Shown: positions 7,424 to 19,317 of the stretch, in pieces
Numbering within the stretch: position 1 is the first letter of the stretch
How the letters are laid out: every line of letters starts with the position of its first letter
From: Alphaproteobacteria bacterium
Lineage (GTDB): Bacteria; Pseudomonadota; Alphaproteobacteria; GCA-2731375
DNA: 19,317 bases
Direction: 5' to 3'
Assembly (NCBI GenBank): GCA_965225945.1
Contig: CBDDBZ010000016.1
Location: 1-19,317, forward strand
Position numbers and translations under genes: made by a program
The notes under the pieces: model-generated
The model's database searches: none
The model's input: the letters and a program-made list of their open reading frames with translations, nothing else
Told to the model about the DNA's origin: nothing

Positions 7424-8746
7424 TCAGCCTTCCTTGGAGCAATCACGCGGGGTGATGTTGTTCTCCTTGGCGAACTTCGCCGCATCGGCCTCGATCAGCG
7501 GGCGGGTGATATCGCGCATGACCGGGATCCAGTCGCTGACAATCTTCCACTCTTTGACCTTGGCGTCCCACTGCTGGAACAGTACCGGATGTGCGCCCTC
7601 GTGGTCCTCGCAGGTGACCTTGATCTCCGGATAGCCGGAGAGGCCGATCTTTTCCCAACCCGCGGGCGTGATGTGGGTGTTCTCGAGACCCCAGCGGACA
7701 TGCGTGCCCGTGACGACCTTCACGCCGAACTTCTTCTGCGCCTTCTTGATCGCCTCGATGACGAAGACCATGTTCAGCACGGCGCGGTTGTAGAGGACCT
7801 CTCCGACCCGCTCCCTGACGCCGGCGCCCTTGCCGCGGTCGTAGACATACTTGCGGATGTCGTCGTGCAGCTTGCTCTTGCCGCCGGGCGCATGGAAGGT
7901 CGCCGACTTGTAGCCGTGCCCGACATCACCGACCGGGCCCATGTCGACCTCGGTGCCCGACCACCAGTTGCCGATGAAGTGGTCCATCGGGTAGCCGATC
8001 TCGGCCGCGCTCTTCAACGCCACCTGGTTCATCACGCCCCAGCCGGAGAGGAAGATGTAGTCTGGCTTCCAACGGCGGATCTGCAGCCAGGTCGCCTTCT
8101 GCTCCTGCCCCGGATGGTCGACGGCAAGCATCTTCAGCTCGTAGCCGAACTTCTTGGAGAGGATCTCCAGCGTCGGGTTGGCTTCCTTGCCGTAGGCGCT
8201 GTTGTGGTAGATGTGGGCGATCTTCATGCCCTTGAGCTTGTCGAGGCCGCCTTCTTGCAGGCCCATGTAGTTGATGACGGCGCTGGCCTGGTTCCAGTAA
8301 GTGGTCGGGAAGTTGAACACCCACTTGAAGACCCGGCCGTCGGCCGCCGACGTGCGGCCGTAACCCATGGAGAAGATGGGGATCTTATCCACCGGCGACT
8401 TGGGGATGAGCTGATAGGTGATGCCCGTCGAATACGGGAAGATCACGACGGGCTTTTTCGATTTGAACTTCTCATAGCATTCGACGCCGATTTTCGTGTT
8501 GTACTGGGTTTCGCACTCCTTCAGCTCCAACATGACGCCATTGACGCCGCCGTCTCTTTCGTTGATGAGCGTGACGTAGTCCTTGATGCCGTTGGCAGAG
8601 GGGATTCCGCCGGGCGCGTAGGGGCCCGTCCTGTACACCAGTGCCGGGATGAAGATGGTTTCCGCCGCGATGGCGACATCGGCGGCCACCATGCCGCCCA
8701 CCGCCGCCACCGACGCCATCCCCAGGATGGCCTTTCTAATAAACAT
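7424..8746 (-). CDS. ABC transporter substrate-binding protein (Liv/PBP1 type)
   Basis: Signal-peptide-like N-terminus, YRTGPYA, INERDGGVNGV and ECETQY motifs, a GGAGG ribosome-binding site, and operon context. Confidence 0.9.
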   Translation of the reverse strand: MFIRKAILGMASVAAVGGMVAADVAIAAETIFIPALVYRTGPYAPGGIPSANGIKDYVTLINERDGGVNGVMLELKECETQYNTKIGVECYEKFKSKKPVVIFPYSTGITYQLIPKSPVDKIPIFSMGYGRTSAADGRVFKWVFNFPTTYWNQASAVINYMGLQEGGLDKLKGMKIAHIYHNSAYGKEANPTLEILSKKFGYELKMLAVDHPGQEQKATWLQIRRWKPDYIFLSGWGVMNQVALKSAAEIGYPMDHFIGNWWSGTEVDMGPVGDVGHGYKSATFHAPGGKSKLHDDIRKYVYDRGKGAGVRERVGEVLYNRAVLNMVFVIEAIKKAQKKFGVKVVTGTHVRWGLENTHITPAGWEKIGLSGYPEIKVTCEDHEGAHPVLFQQWDAKVKEWKIVSDWIPVMRDITRPLIEADAAKFAKENNITPRDCSKEG

Positions 8747-8851
8747 GACCTACTACCTCCCTTCGGTCTTTTCGCGTCCCTCATGGGATCGCGCGATCTC
8801 GGACCCTAGCAAATCCGAATGCGGCTCACAATTCACGAAGCCGCCGGCCCG

Positions 8852-9928
8852 TCAATAAGGAAATGGCCAGACCCTGAGTTTTTCCTTGGCGATCTGCCAG
8901 AGCCGGGCCAGCCCCAGCGGCTCGACGACCAGGAAAAAGATGATCAGGCCGCCGAAGATGATGAACTCGAGATGTTTCGCGGTCACCGCCTGGAAGCCCA
9001 GGAGATCGACCATGAAGTTGTTCAGCGCGATCGGCATCAAGATGATGAAGGCGGCGCCGAAGAACGCACCCATGATGGAGCCCAGGCCGCCGATGATAAT
9101 CATGAACAGCACCTGGAACGACTGGTTGATCTCGAAGGCCTCGTTGGTCTCCACCGAGCCGAGCCAGACCGCCCAGGTCATGGCACCGGCCACGCCGATG
9201 TAGAAGGAGCTGACGGTGAAGGCCAGCAGCTTGGTCTGGAACGGCCGGAAGCCGATCAGCTCGGCGGCGATATCCATGTCGCGGACCGCCATCCAGGAGC
9301 GGCCGATGGGACTTCTGACGAGGTTCTTGGCCACCAGGGCGAAGACCACCACCAGGATCAGCGCGAACAGATAGCGCGCTTCCGGCGTCGCATGGGGACC
9401 CGTCACCAAGACGCCGAAGGCCTCGCGCGGCGGCGCCGTGATGGTGCCCGACGGCGTGTAGTTCACGAACCACGGCACCTTGTTGTAGAGCCAGCCGAGG
9501 AAGAACTGCGCCGCCAGCGTCGCCACGGCGAGATAGAAGCCCTTGATCCTGAGGCTGGGGATGCCGAAAATCATGCCGACGCCGGCGGTGATCAGGCCGG
9601 CGGTGAGGAAGACGACGATGATGTTGAGCTCGGGAAAGGCGGTCATCAGCTTGTAGGCCGCCACCGCGCCCGTCGCCATGAAGGCGCCGGTGCCGAGCGA
9701 GAGCTGGCCGCAATAGCCGGTCAGCAGGTTGAGCCCGATCGCCGCCATCGAATAGCACAGCACCGGGATCATGATCGCCTGCAGGAAATACTCGTCGCCG
9801 AAGGTCGGCACGGCGACGAACATGACCACGAGCACCAAGGCGATGAACCAGCGATCCTGCTTCAGCGGGAAGATCGCCTGGTCGGCGTCGTAGTGCGATT
9901 TGAACTGACCCGCCTCGCGATAGATCAT
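8852..9928 (-). CDS. LivM-like ABC permease
   Basis: Hydrophobic protein with GLNLLTGYCGQLSLG, LRIKGFYLAVATLA, GRSWMAVRD and IIGGLGSI. Confidence 0.92.
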   Translation of the reverse strand: MIYREAGQFKSHYDADQAIFPLKQDRWFIALVLVVMFVAVPTFGDEYFLQAIMIPVLCYSMAAIGLNLLTGYCGQLSLGTGAFMATGAVAAYKLMTAFPELNIIVVFLTAGLITAGVGMIFGIPSLRIKGFYLAVATLAAQFFLGWLYNKVPWFVNYTPSGTITAPPREAFGVLVTGPHATPEARYLFALILVVVFALVAKNLVRSPIGRSWMAVRDMDIAAELIGFRPFQTKLLAFTVSSFYIGVAGAMTWAVWLGSVETNEAFEINQSFQVLFMIIIGGLGSIMGAFFGAAFIILMPIALNNFMVDLLGFQAVTAKHLEFIIFGGLIIFFLVVEPLGLARLWQIAKEKLRVWPFPY

Positions 9929-9931
9929 GAT

Positions 9932-10927
9932 CTAGACCCTCTCGATGATCTTGTCGCCGAACAGGCCCTGCGGCCGGAACAGCAGGAACACCAGCGCCAA
10001 CATGTAGGCGAACCAGTTCTCGATCGCGCCGTTGACCAGCGGGCCCCAGTAGACCTCCGCCACCTTCTCGCCGACGCCGATGATCAGGCCGCCGACGATG
10101 GCGCCGGGCACCGAGGTGAAGCCGCCCAGGATCAGCACCGGCAGCGCCTTCAAAGCGATCAGCGAAAGCGAGAACTGCACGCCGCTGCGCGTCCCCCACA
10201 TGATGCCCGCGACCAGGGCGACGATGCCGGCCACCGACCAGACGATGATCCAGATCGTCTGCAACGGGATGCCGACGGAGAGCGCCGCCTGGTGATCGTC
10301 GGCCACGGCGCGGAGCGCCCGGCCGACCCGGGTCTTCTGGAAAAACAGTGCCAGCACGATCACCATCACGGCGGCCACCACAGTGGCCCAGATGTCGAAC
10401 ACCTGGAACAGGATGCCCTGCCAGATGAAGTTGCCCTGGGGGATGCCGATGTCGAGCGTCTTGATCTCGCCGCCCCACATGATTTCGCCGACCCCTTGCA
10501 GCACGAAGGCGAGGCCGATGGTCGACATGAACAAGATGATCGGGTCCTGGTTCACCAGGGGTCTCAGCACGAATTTCTCGATCACGATGGCGAGGACGAC
10601 CATGGCGGCGATGGTAACGATGATGGCGAGCCAGGGCGGCATCGCCAGCCAGCCGATCTCGGAGAGCACGATCGGCACGGTGCCGGTCATCAGCCCGACC
10701 AGGGTGAGCGCGGCGAACAGCGCGAGGATTCCCTGGGCGAAGTTGAACACGCCCGAGGCCTTGAAGATCAGCACGAAGCCCAGCGCCACCAGCGAATACA
10801 TCACGCCCGACATCAGCCCGCCGATCACCACCTCGGCGAAGAACTCCGGCGCATCGATCATGTCCAGGATCGGCGCCTCGACGACATCGACATAGAGCGG
10901 CAGCAGAAACTCGCCCCAGAATTCCAT
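9932..10927 (-). CDS. LivH-like ABC permease
   Basis: Motifs YSLVALGFVLIFKASGVFNFAQG, GRALRAVADD, LGGFTSVPGAIVGG and RPQGLFG. Confidence 0.92.
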   Translation of the reverse strand: MEFWGEFLLPLYVDVVEAPILDMIDAPEFFAEVVIGGLMSGVMYSLVALGFVLIFKASGVFNFAQGILALFAALTLVGLMTGTVPIVLSEIGWLAMPPWLAIIVTIAAMVVLAIVIEKFVLRPLVNQDPIILFMSTIGLAFVLQGVGEIMWGGEIKTLDIGIPQGNFIWQGILFQVFDIWATVVAAVMVIVLALFFQKTRVGRALRAVADDHQAALSVGIPLQTIWIIVWSVAGIVALVAGIMWGTRSGVQFSLSLIALKALPVLILGGFTSVPGAIVGGLIIGVGEKVAEVYWGPLVNGAIENWFAYMLALVFLLFRPQGLFGDKIIERV

Positions 10928-10955
10928 CTCGAAGGCTCCTCCCGCGCGGGCGCGC

Positions 10956-11761
<806 letters not shown>

Positions 11762-11765
<4 letters not shown>

Positions 11766-13732
11766 GCCGCCTTGCGTCGTTCGCCGTCGCCGACGAAGGT
11801 TTCGGCCTCGCCGATCTTGAGATCCGCCTTCATCTGGCCGGTGTGGCCGTCCTCGAAGGTCACACTCGTTTCGATGCTGACGTCGCGGGCATCGCTGAAG
11901 AGGGCGTCGATCAGCGGGCTGTAGCGATCGGCGATGATCCGCCGGCGCACCTTGCGGGTCCGGGTAAGTTCGCCGTCGTCCGCGTCCAGCTCCTTGTGCA
12001 GCAGCAGGAAGCGTTTGATCTGCGAGCCGGCGAGCGCGCTATCGCGCGAGAGCGTCAAGTTGACGGCCTCGATGCAGCCCTTGATCAGGTCGTAGACCTC
12101 GTCGCGCGAGGCGAGGTCGGTGAAGTTGGTGTAGGAGATGGCGCTCCGCTCGGCCCAGTTGCTGGTCGCCTCCAGGTCGATCACGACGAAGCAGGCGACA
12201 TGGTCCTGGCCGTCGCCGTGGGCCACCGCCTCGCGGACGAAGGGATGGAATTTCAGCTTGTTCTCGATGTACTGCGGCGCGAAGAGCGTACCGTCGTTGA
12301 GCTTGCCCACGTCCTTGGCCCGATCGATGACCTTGAGGTGGCCGGTATCGTCGAGAATCCCGGCATCGCCCGTGTGCACCCAGCCGTCCGCATCCAGGGT
12401 TTCGGCCGTCGCCTCGTCGTTCTTGAAATAGCCGATGAAGTTGCCCGGGCTCTTGTAGAGGATTTCGCCGTCCTCGGTGATCTTCAGCTCGACTCCGGGG
12501 CAAGCCGGCCCGACGGTGTCGAGCTTGACGTCCCCGTCGCGCTGAATGCAGGTGTAGGCTGAGGACTCGGTCTGGGCGTAGAGCTGCTTCAGGTTGAGCC
12601 CGATCGAGCGGTAGAAGTTGAATACCTCCTCGCCGAGCGGCGCGCCGCCGGTATAGGCCAGTCTCGCGCGACTGAGGCCGAAGTTGTTCAGCAGCGGACC
12701 GTAGATGATATAGGAGCCCAGCGCGTAGAGCAGCCGATCGATGCCACCGACCGCCCGGCCTTCCAGCAGGTCGATGCCGACCCGCCCGGCGAGCTTGGTG
12801 AAATAGTCGAAGATTTTTCGCTGCAGCCAACCGGCGTCCTCCATCCGGACCTGGATCTGGGTGAGGAAGGTCTCCAGGATCGCCGGCGGCAGCAGCGCCA
12901 TGGTCGGCCCGATGTCCTTGAGGTCCCCCATCACGGTGTCCGAGTTCTCGGGACAATTGACCGTGAAGCCGACGACTCGTTGCTGCGCCACCGAGAAGAA
13001 GTGGTCGCCGACCCAGGCGAGCGGCAGATAGGCCAGGATCTCCTCCTTGTCGGTGAGCAACTCCATCTCGGATTGCAGGCGCGCGCTTTCCAGCAGGCCT
13101 CGGAAGCTCAGCAGGACGCCCTTCGGGTCGCCCGTGGTACCGGAGGTGTAAGCGATGATGGCGACGTCGTCCGCCTTGCCCTCGGCCACCTGGGCCAGGA
13201 AGAAGTCGGGGTTGGCCGCGCCATGGGCGCGTCCCCGCTCGATCAGGCTCTCCAGCGAATGCAGGTCGTCGCTGGCATAATGCCGCATGCCCTTGGAATC
13301 CTCGAAAATCAGGTGCTCGATCGCCGGCACCTTTTCGCGCACCGATTGGACCTTGTCGATCTGCTCCTGATCCTCGCAGATGGCCATCCGGACCTCGGCG
13401 TGCCGCAGCACGTAGAGCATCTCGTCGGCAACCGATTCCGCATAGAGCGGCACCGGGATTGCGCCCACCGCCTGCACCGCGTCGAAGGCCAGGTAGAGCT
13501 CCGGCCGGTTGGAGCCGATGATGGCGATCGTGTCGCCGCGCTTCACGCCCAGGTCGGCCAGGCCGCAGGCGAAGTCGCGAACTTGGTCGGCGGCCTGCTT
13601 CCAGGTCCAGGTCTGCCAGATACCGAGGTCTTTCTCCCGATACGCCGGCCGCCCGCCCCGCTCCTCGGCATGCTTGAGAAGAAGCTTCGGGCTGGTGTCA
13701 TAGGCCTTCAACGACGTCTGAAGTTCCGACAT
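11762..13732 (-). CDS. Long-chain fatty-acid-CoA ligase-like AMP-binding protein
   Basis: Motifs YTSGTTGDPKG, YAQTE, GWVHTGDAG, IDRAKD and GELTRTRKVRR. ATG 13732 (MSELQ) follows a purine-rich ribosome-binding site; 656 aa. Confidence 0.92.
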
Positions 13733-13743
13733 CGAACGTCCTT

Positions 13744-13783
13744 CCCCCTTCAAGGGCTCCGGCCCCCCTTCAAGGGCTCCGGC
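13744..13783. repeat. Perfect 20-bp tandem duplication in the ligase leader
   Basis: CCCCCTTCAAGGGCTCCGGC occurs at 13744-13763 and again at 13764-13783. Confidence 0.95.
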
Positions 13784-13924
13784 CGTCCGACGGACGTCGC
13801 GGCCGCGCGCACGGGTCGGCCCCCAAAACCGGCCCGCGAGACCGTCGGTAATCCGTCTCCGGCAGGTGCCTCCCGATCGTCGAGCGCCGACGGGGCCCCA
13901 GGTGGCCCACCCGGTGGCGCAGCG

Positions 13925-13955
13925 CTATTAGTCCACTTCCGCGCGCGGCGTCAAG
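13925..13955 (-). promoter_or_regulatory. Candidate sigma70-type promoter for the ligase-ABC operon
   Basis: The minus strand reads cTTGACG-N17-CTAATAg, close to the alphaproteobacterial CTTGAC...CTATAT pattern, about 190 bp upstream of the ATG. Confidence 0.45.
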
Positions 13956-14124
13956 CTGTCGCCCGAGATTGCGGCCCTCGATCCTCACGTCAACGTCGCA
14001 ATCCGGCGCCGATCAGGCTACAAGGGGCCGTGCAACGCCACCGTGCCGGAATCGCGATCGGCCCCGGCCGAATTTCGTCGGCACGGTCGGACGTCCGACA
14101 AATCGTCGCGAAGGAGGTCGATCG

Positions 14125-16812
<2,688 letters not shown>

Positions 16813-16896
16813 GGGGACGGGATCGACCAACCGTCGTGCGGCCATCACCGACAATTGATTTCGCGGTGATGGCCGGGCATCGCTAATATCCGGGCC

Positions 16897-17640
16897 ATGA
16901 AAGGCCTGTGTCATAGCTTGGGCGGCGCCTTGGTCGCGACCGCCATCGCTCTCGGTTCGGCCCTCGCCGTCGACGCCGGGGAGCGGCTCACCGTGGTCGA
17001 GCTCTTCACCTCGCAGGGTTGCAATTCCTGCCCGCCGGCGGATCGCTATCTCGGCCAGCTCGCCGAGCGCGACGATATCCTGTCGCTGAGCTTCAACGTC
17101 GACTACTGGGACTACCTCGGCTGGCGGGACACCTTGGCGTCGCCCGTCCACACCGAGCGCCAGCGCCGCTACTCGACGGCCATGCGTTCGCGCCGGGTCT
17201 ACACGCCGCAAATGGTGATCGGCGGCACGCTGGAGAAGGTCGGTTCCGACCGCGCTTCGGTGTCCCGGGCGATCGAGAATGTGCGGGGGGATGCGCGCAT
17301 CTGGCTCGCCATCGAGATCGAGCGCGTTGATGACATGATCGTCGCCCGCCTACCGGGGGGCCGGATGGCGCGCGAGGCGACGATCTGGCTGGTGCGTTAC
17401 GACAGCCGCCGGGAGGTCGAGATTCGCCGCGGCGAGAACGGCGGCCGCACAATCGCCTATCACAACGTGGTCCGCGACTTCGACAATATCGGCCTGTGGC
17501 GCGGCGAGGCGATGGAAGTCGCCTTCAAACTCTCCGACCTCGTCGAGGGCGGGCGCGACCGCTGTGCGATCCTCGTGCAGATCGGCGGTCAGGGCCCGAT
17601 CATCGGCGCGGCGCGCATGGCGATCGACGACGACTCCTGA
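16897..17640 (+). CDS. DUF1223-family secreted thioredoxin-like protein
   Basis: Signal peptide, VVELFTSQGCNSCPPAD (CxxC), VDYWDYLGWRD, VYTPQMV and RGENGGR motifs. Confidence 0.9.
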   Translation: MKGLCHSLGGALVATAIALGSALAVDAGERLTVVELFTSQGCNSCPPADRYLGQLAERDDILSLSFNVDYWDYLGWRDTLASPVHTERQRRYSTAMRSRRVYTPQMVIGGTLEKVGSDRASVSRAIENVRGDARIWLAIEIERVDDMIVARLPGGRMAREATIWLVRYDSRREVEIRRGENGGRTIAYHNVVRDFDNIGLWRGEAMEVAFKLSDLVEGGRDRCAILVQIGGQGPIIGAARMAIDDDS

Positions 17641-17836
17641 GCCCGGCAGGCTGACGGAGCGCGACATCGGGGGATGCCCCTAATCCGTGGATCGACAACC
17701 CACGGAGTCCCCTCCTCTCAGCCCATGACACAAACTCTCATGCATCACCCCTTGCCCGCGAGGGGTGACAAACCGGGCAGAAAGGGGATAGTCTTTCGTT
17801 CCTGGTGAGCCGTCGAGCAGCTAGAACTTCGGCTAA

Positions 17837-19007
17837 TACCAATCGGCCTTGAGGGAGACTCACTTTGAGGATTCCCATGGTGGATGATTTCTGACTCAAT
17901 TCCGGTGATTCGGAGTTGAGGAGGTTCACTATGGGAGCGGCGATCGGGTTACGAGAGGATTTCGATGCGGCGGAGCTGCGTCGCTTGGCGAAGCTTTCCA
18001 AGGATGCCGGCCAGAGCCGCCGGCTCTTGGCTCTCGCGGTGATCTATGACGGTGGGCGGCGGACGGATGCGGCACGGACCGGCCACGTGGGGCTTCAGGT
18101 GATCCGAGATTGGGTGTTGCATTTCAACGCCGAGGGCCCGGACGGCTTGATCGATCGCAAGGCGCCCGGTGCGGTGGCGAAGCTCGACGATGCACAACGC
18201 CAGGCGCTGGGGGCACGCGTCGATGCGGGGCCGAACCCGGCGGTCGACGGCGTGGTGCGCTGGCGGCTGAAGGATCTGGCGGGCTGGATCCGGGATATGT
18301 TCGCGATCTCGCTCGACGAGACCACGGTGAGCCGGGAATTGAAGGCGATGGGCTTCACGAAGATGACGGCGCGTCCGCGCCACCATGCCCAGGAGGAGGG
18401 CGTCATCGAGGATTTTAAAAAAAATTCCCCGAGCTGGTGGCGCAAGCCCGCCGGCGCCTGCCCGCCGGCACCGAGATAGAAATCTGGTGGCAGGACGAAG
18501 CCCGTGTCGGCCAGAAGAACAAGATCACTCGGCGCTGGGCGCGGCGCGGAACCCGGCCCCGCGCACCGCATGACCAGCGCACCAAATCAGCCTATATCTT
18601 CGGCGCCATCTGTCCCGAACGCGGCGTCGGCGCCGCCCTCGTGCTCCCCCACTGCGACACCCAGGCCATGCAGCTGCATCTGGAGGAGATCTCCTCCCGG
18701 GTAGGCGCGCGCGCGCATGCCCTCCTGCTCCTCGATCAGGCGGGTTGGCACACCACGGACAAGCTGAAGATCCCCGCCAACGTTACCCTCCTGCCCCTGC
18801 CACCACGCTCGCCGGAGCTCAATCCGACCGAAAACATCTGGCAGTTCATGCGCGACAACTGGCTGTCCAACTTGGTCTTCCAATCCGACGAGCAGATCAT
18901 CACCTCCTGCTGCGAAGCCTGGAACAAGCTCATCGATCAACCATGGAACATCACGTCCATCGGGCGGCGTAAATGGGCGCATGAGTTCTGATTAATGCCG
19001 ATTGGTA
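17837..19007 (+). mobile_element. Complete IS630-family element, 1171 bp
   Basis: Terminal inverted repeats TACCAATCGGC are perfect over 11 bp (19/26 extended). TAA flanks both ends (17834-17836 and 19008-19010). Confidence 0.92.
17931..18991 (+). CDS. IS630 transposase encoded in two frames joined by a probable programmed -1 frameshift
   Basis: An HTH ORF (RRLLALA, VVRWRLKDL) precedes a DDE ORF (WQDEARVG, LDQAGWH, PPRSPELNPTENIW) in the -1 frame. The slippery run TTTTAAAAAAAA is at 18413-18424. Confidence 0.92.
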
Positions 19008-19041
19008 TAACACTCTAAACCAGCAATACGGGAGGTAAGGT

Positions 19042-19317
19042 ATGAAATCGGGAATGAATCGATTGGCGGTGTTAATGCTGAGTTCCGTCGCCATGGTTAT
19101 GACGGGCATGGCAATGGCGAGCCACCGCGGCGACAACACGGTCTTGATTGGCGGTGCAATTTCACAAACCGGCCGCTATTCCGAGCCGGCCGGCCGGAAC
19201 TTGAATTCGATCAAACTGTGGGTCGAGGATGTCAACAAACGCGGGGGGCTCCGAGGCCATACCGTCGAGATCAAGTACCTGAACGACAAATCGGACAAGC
19301 AGACCGCCATCAAGCTT
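19042..19317 (+). CDS. Liv/PBP1-type ABC substrate-binding protein, N-terminal part (runs off the window; absent from the ORF track)
   Basis: GGAGG at 19031-19035. My translation reads MKSGMNRLAVLMLSSVAMVMTGMAMA...VLIGGAISQTGRYS...WVEDVNKRGGLRGHTVEIKYLNDKSD, typical of a leucine-binding-protein N-terminus. Confidence 0.85.
   Translation, partial: MKSGMNRLAVLMLSSVAMVMTGMAMASHRGDNTVLIGGAISQTGRYSEPAGRNLNSIKLWVEDVNKRGGLRGHTVEIKYLNDKSDKQTAIKL

Noticed and set aside
13969-14124. 52-aa N-terminal extension of AcnA in the ORF track
   Set aside because: A strong AAGGAGG site precedes GTG 14125, and the AcnA-like sequence begins there.

Overview
This high-GC window looks alphaproteobacterial, with mobile DNA at both ends of a housekeeping and metabolic core. 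The left end (1-3861) is a nested mobile-element cluster. The right part of an IS21-family element (3' istA, istB, right end at 1136) sits inside an IS110/IS1111-family transposase gene. That gene is followed by a non-coding region that folds by eye like a bridge/seek-RNA target-binding loop. Next come an unexplained 65-bp direct repeat pair and two REP-like inverted-repeat units, one split by a complete single-ORF IS66 (2147-3742, 8-bp duplication). The minus-strand core is an operon: long-chain acyl-CoA ligase, a five-gene Liv-type ABC transporter and a PaaK-like CoA ligase, running straight into ccmA-ccmB with no ccmC after them. The plus-strand core is acnA and a DUF1223 thioredoxin-like gene. 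At the right end a complete IS630 with a -1 slippery site lies 34 bp upstream of a partial ABC substrate-binding gene. ccmB and the LivF-like ATPase each carry one extra base in a homopolymer, probably a sequencing error. All family calls come from reading motifs by eye; no searches were run.
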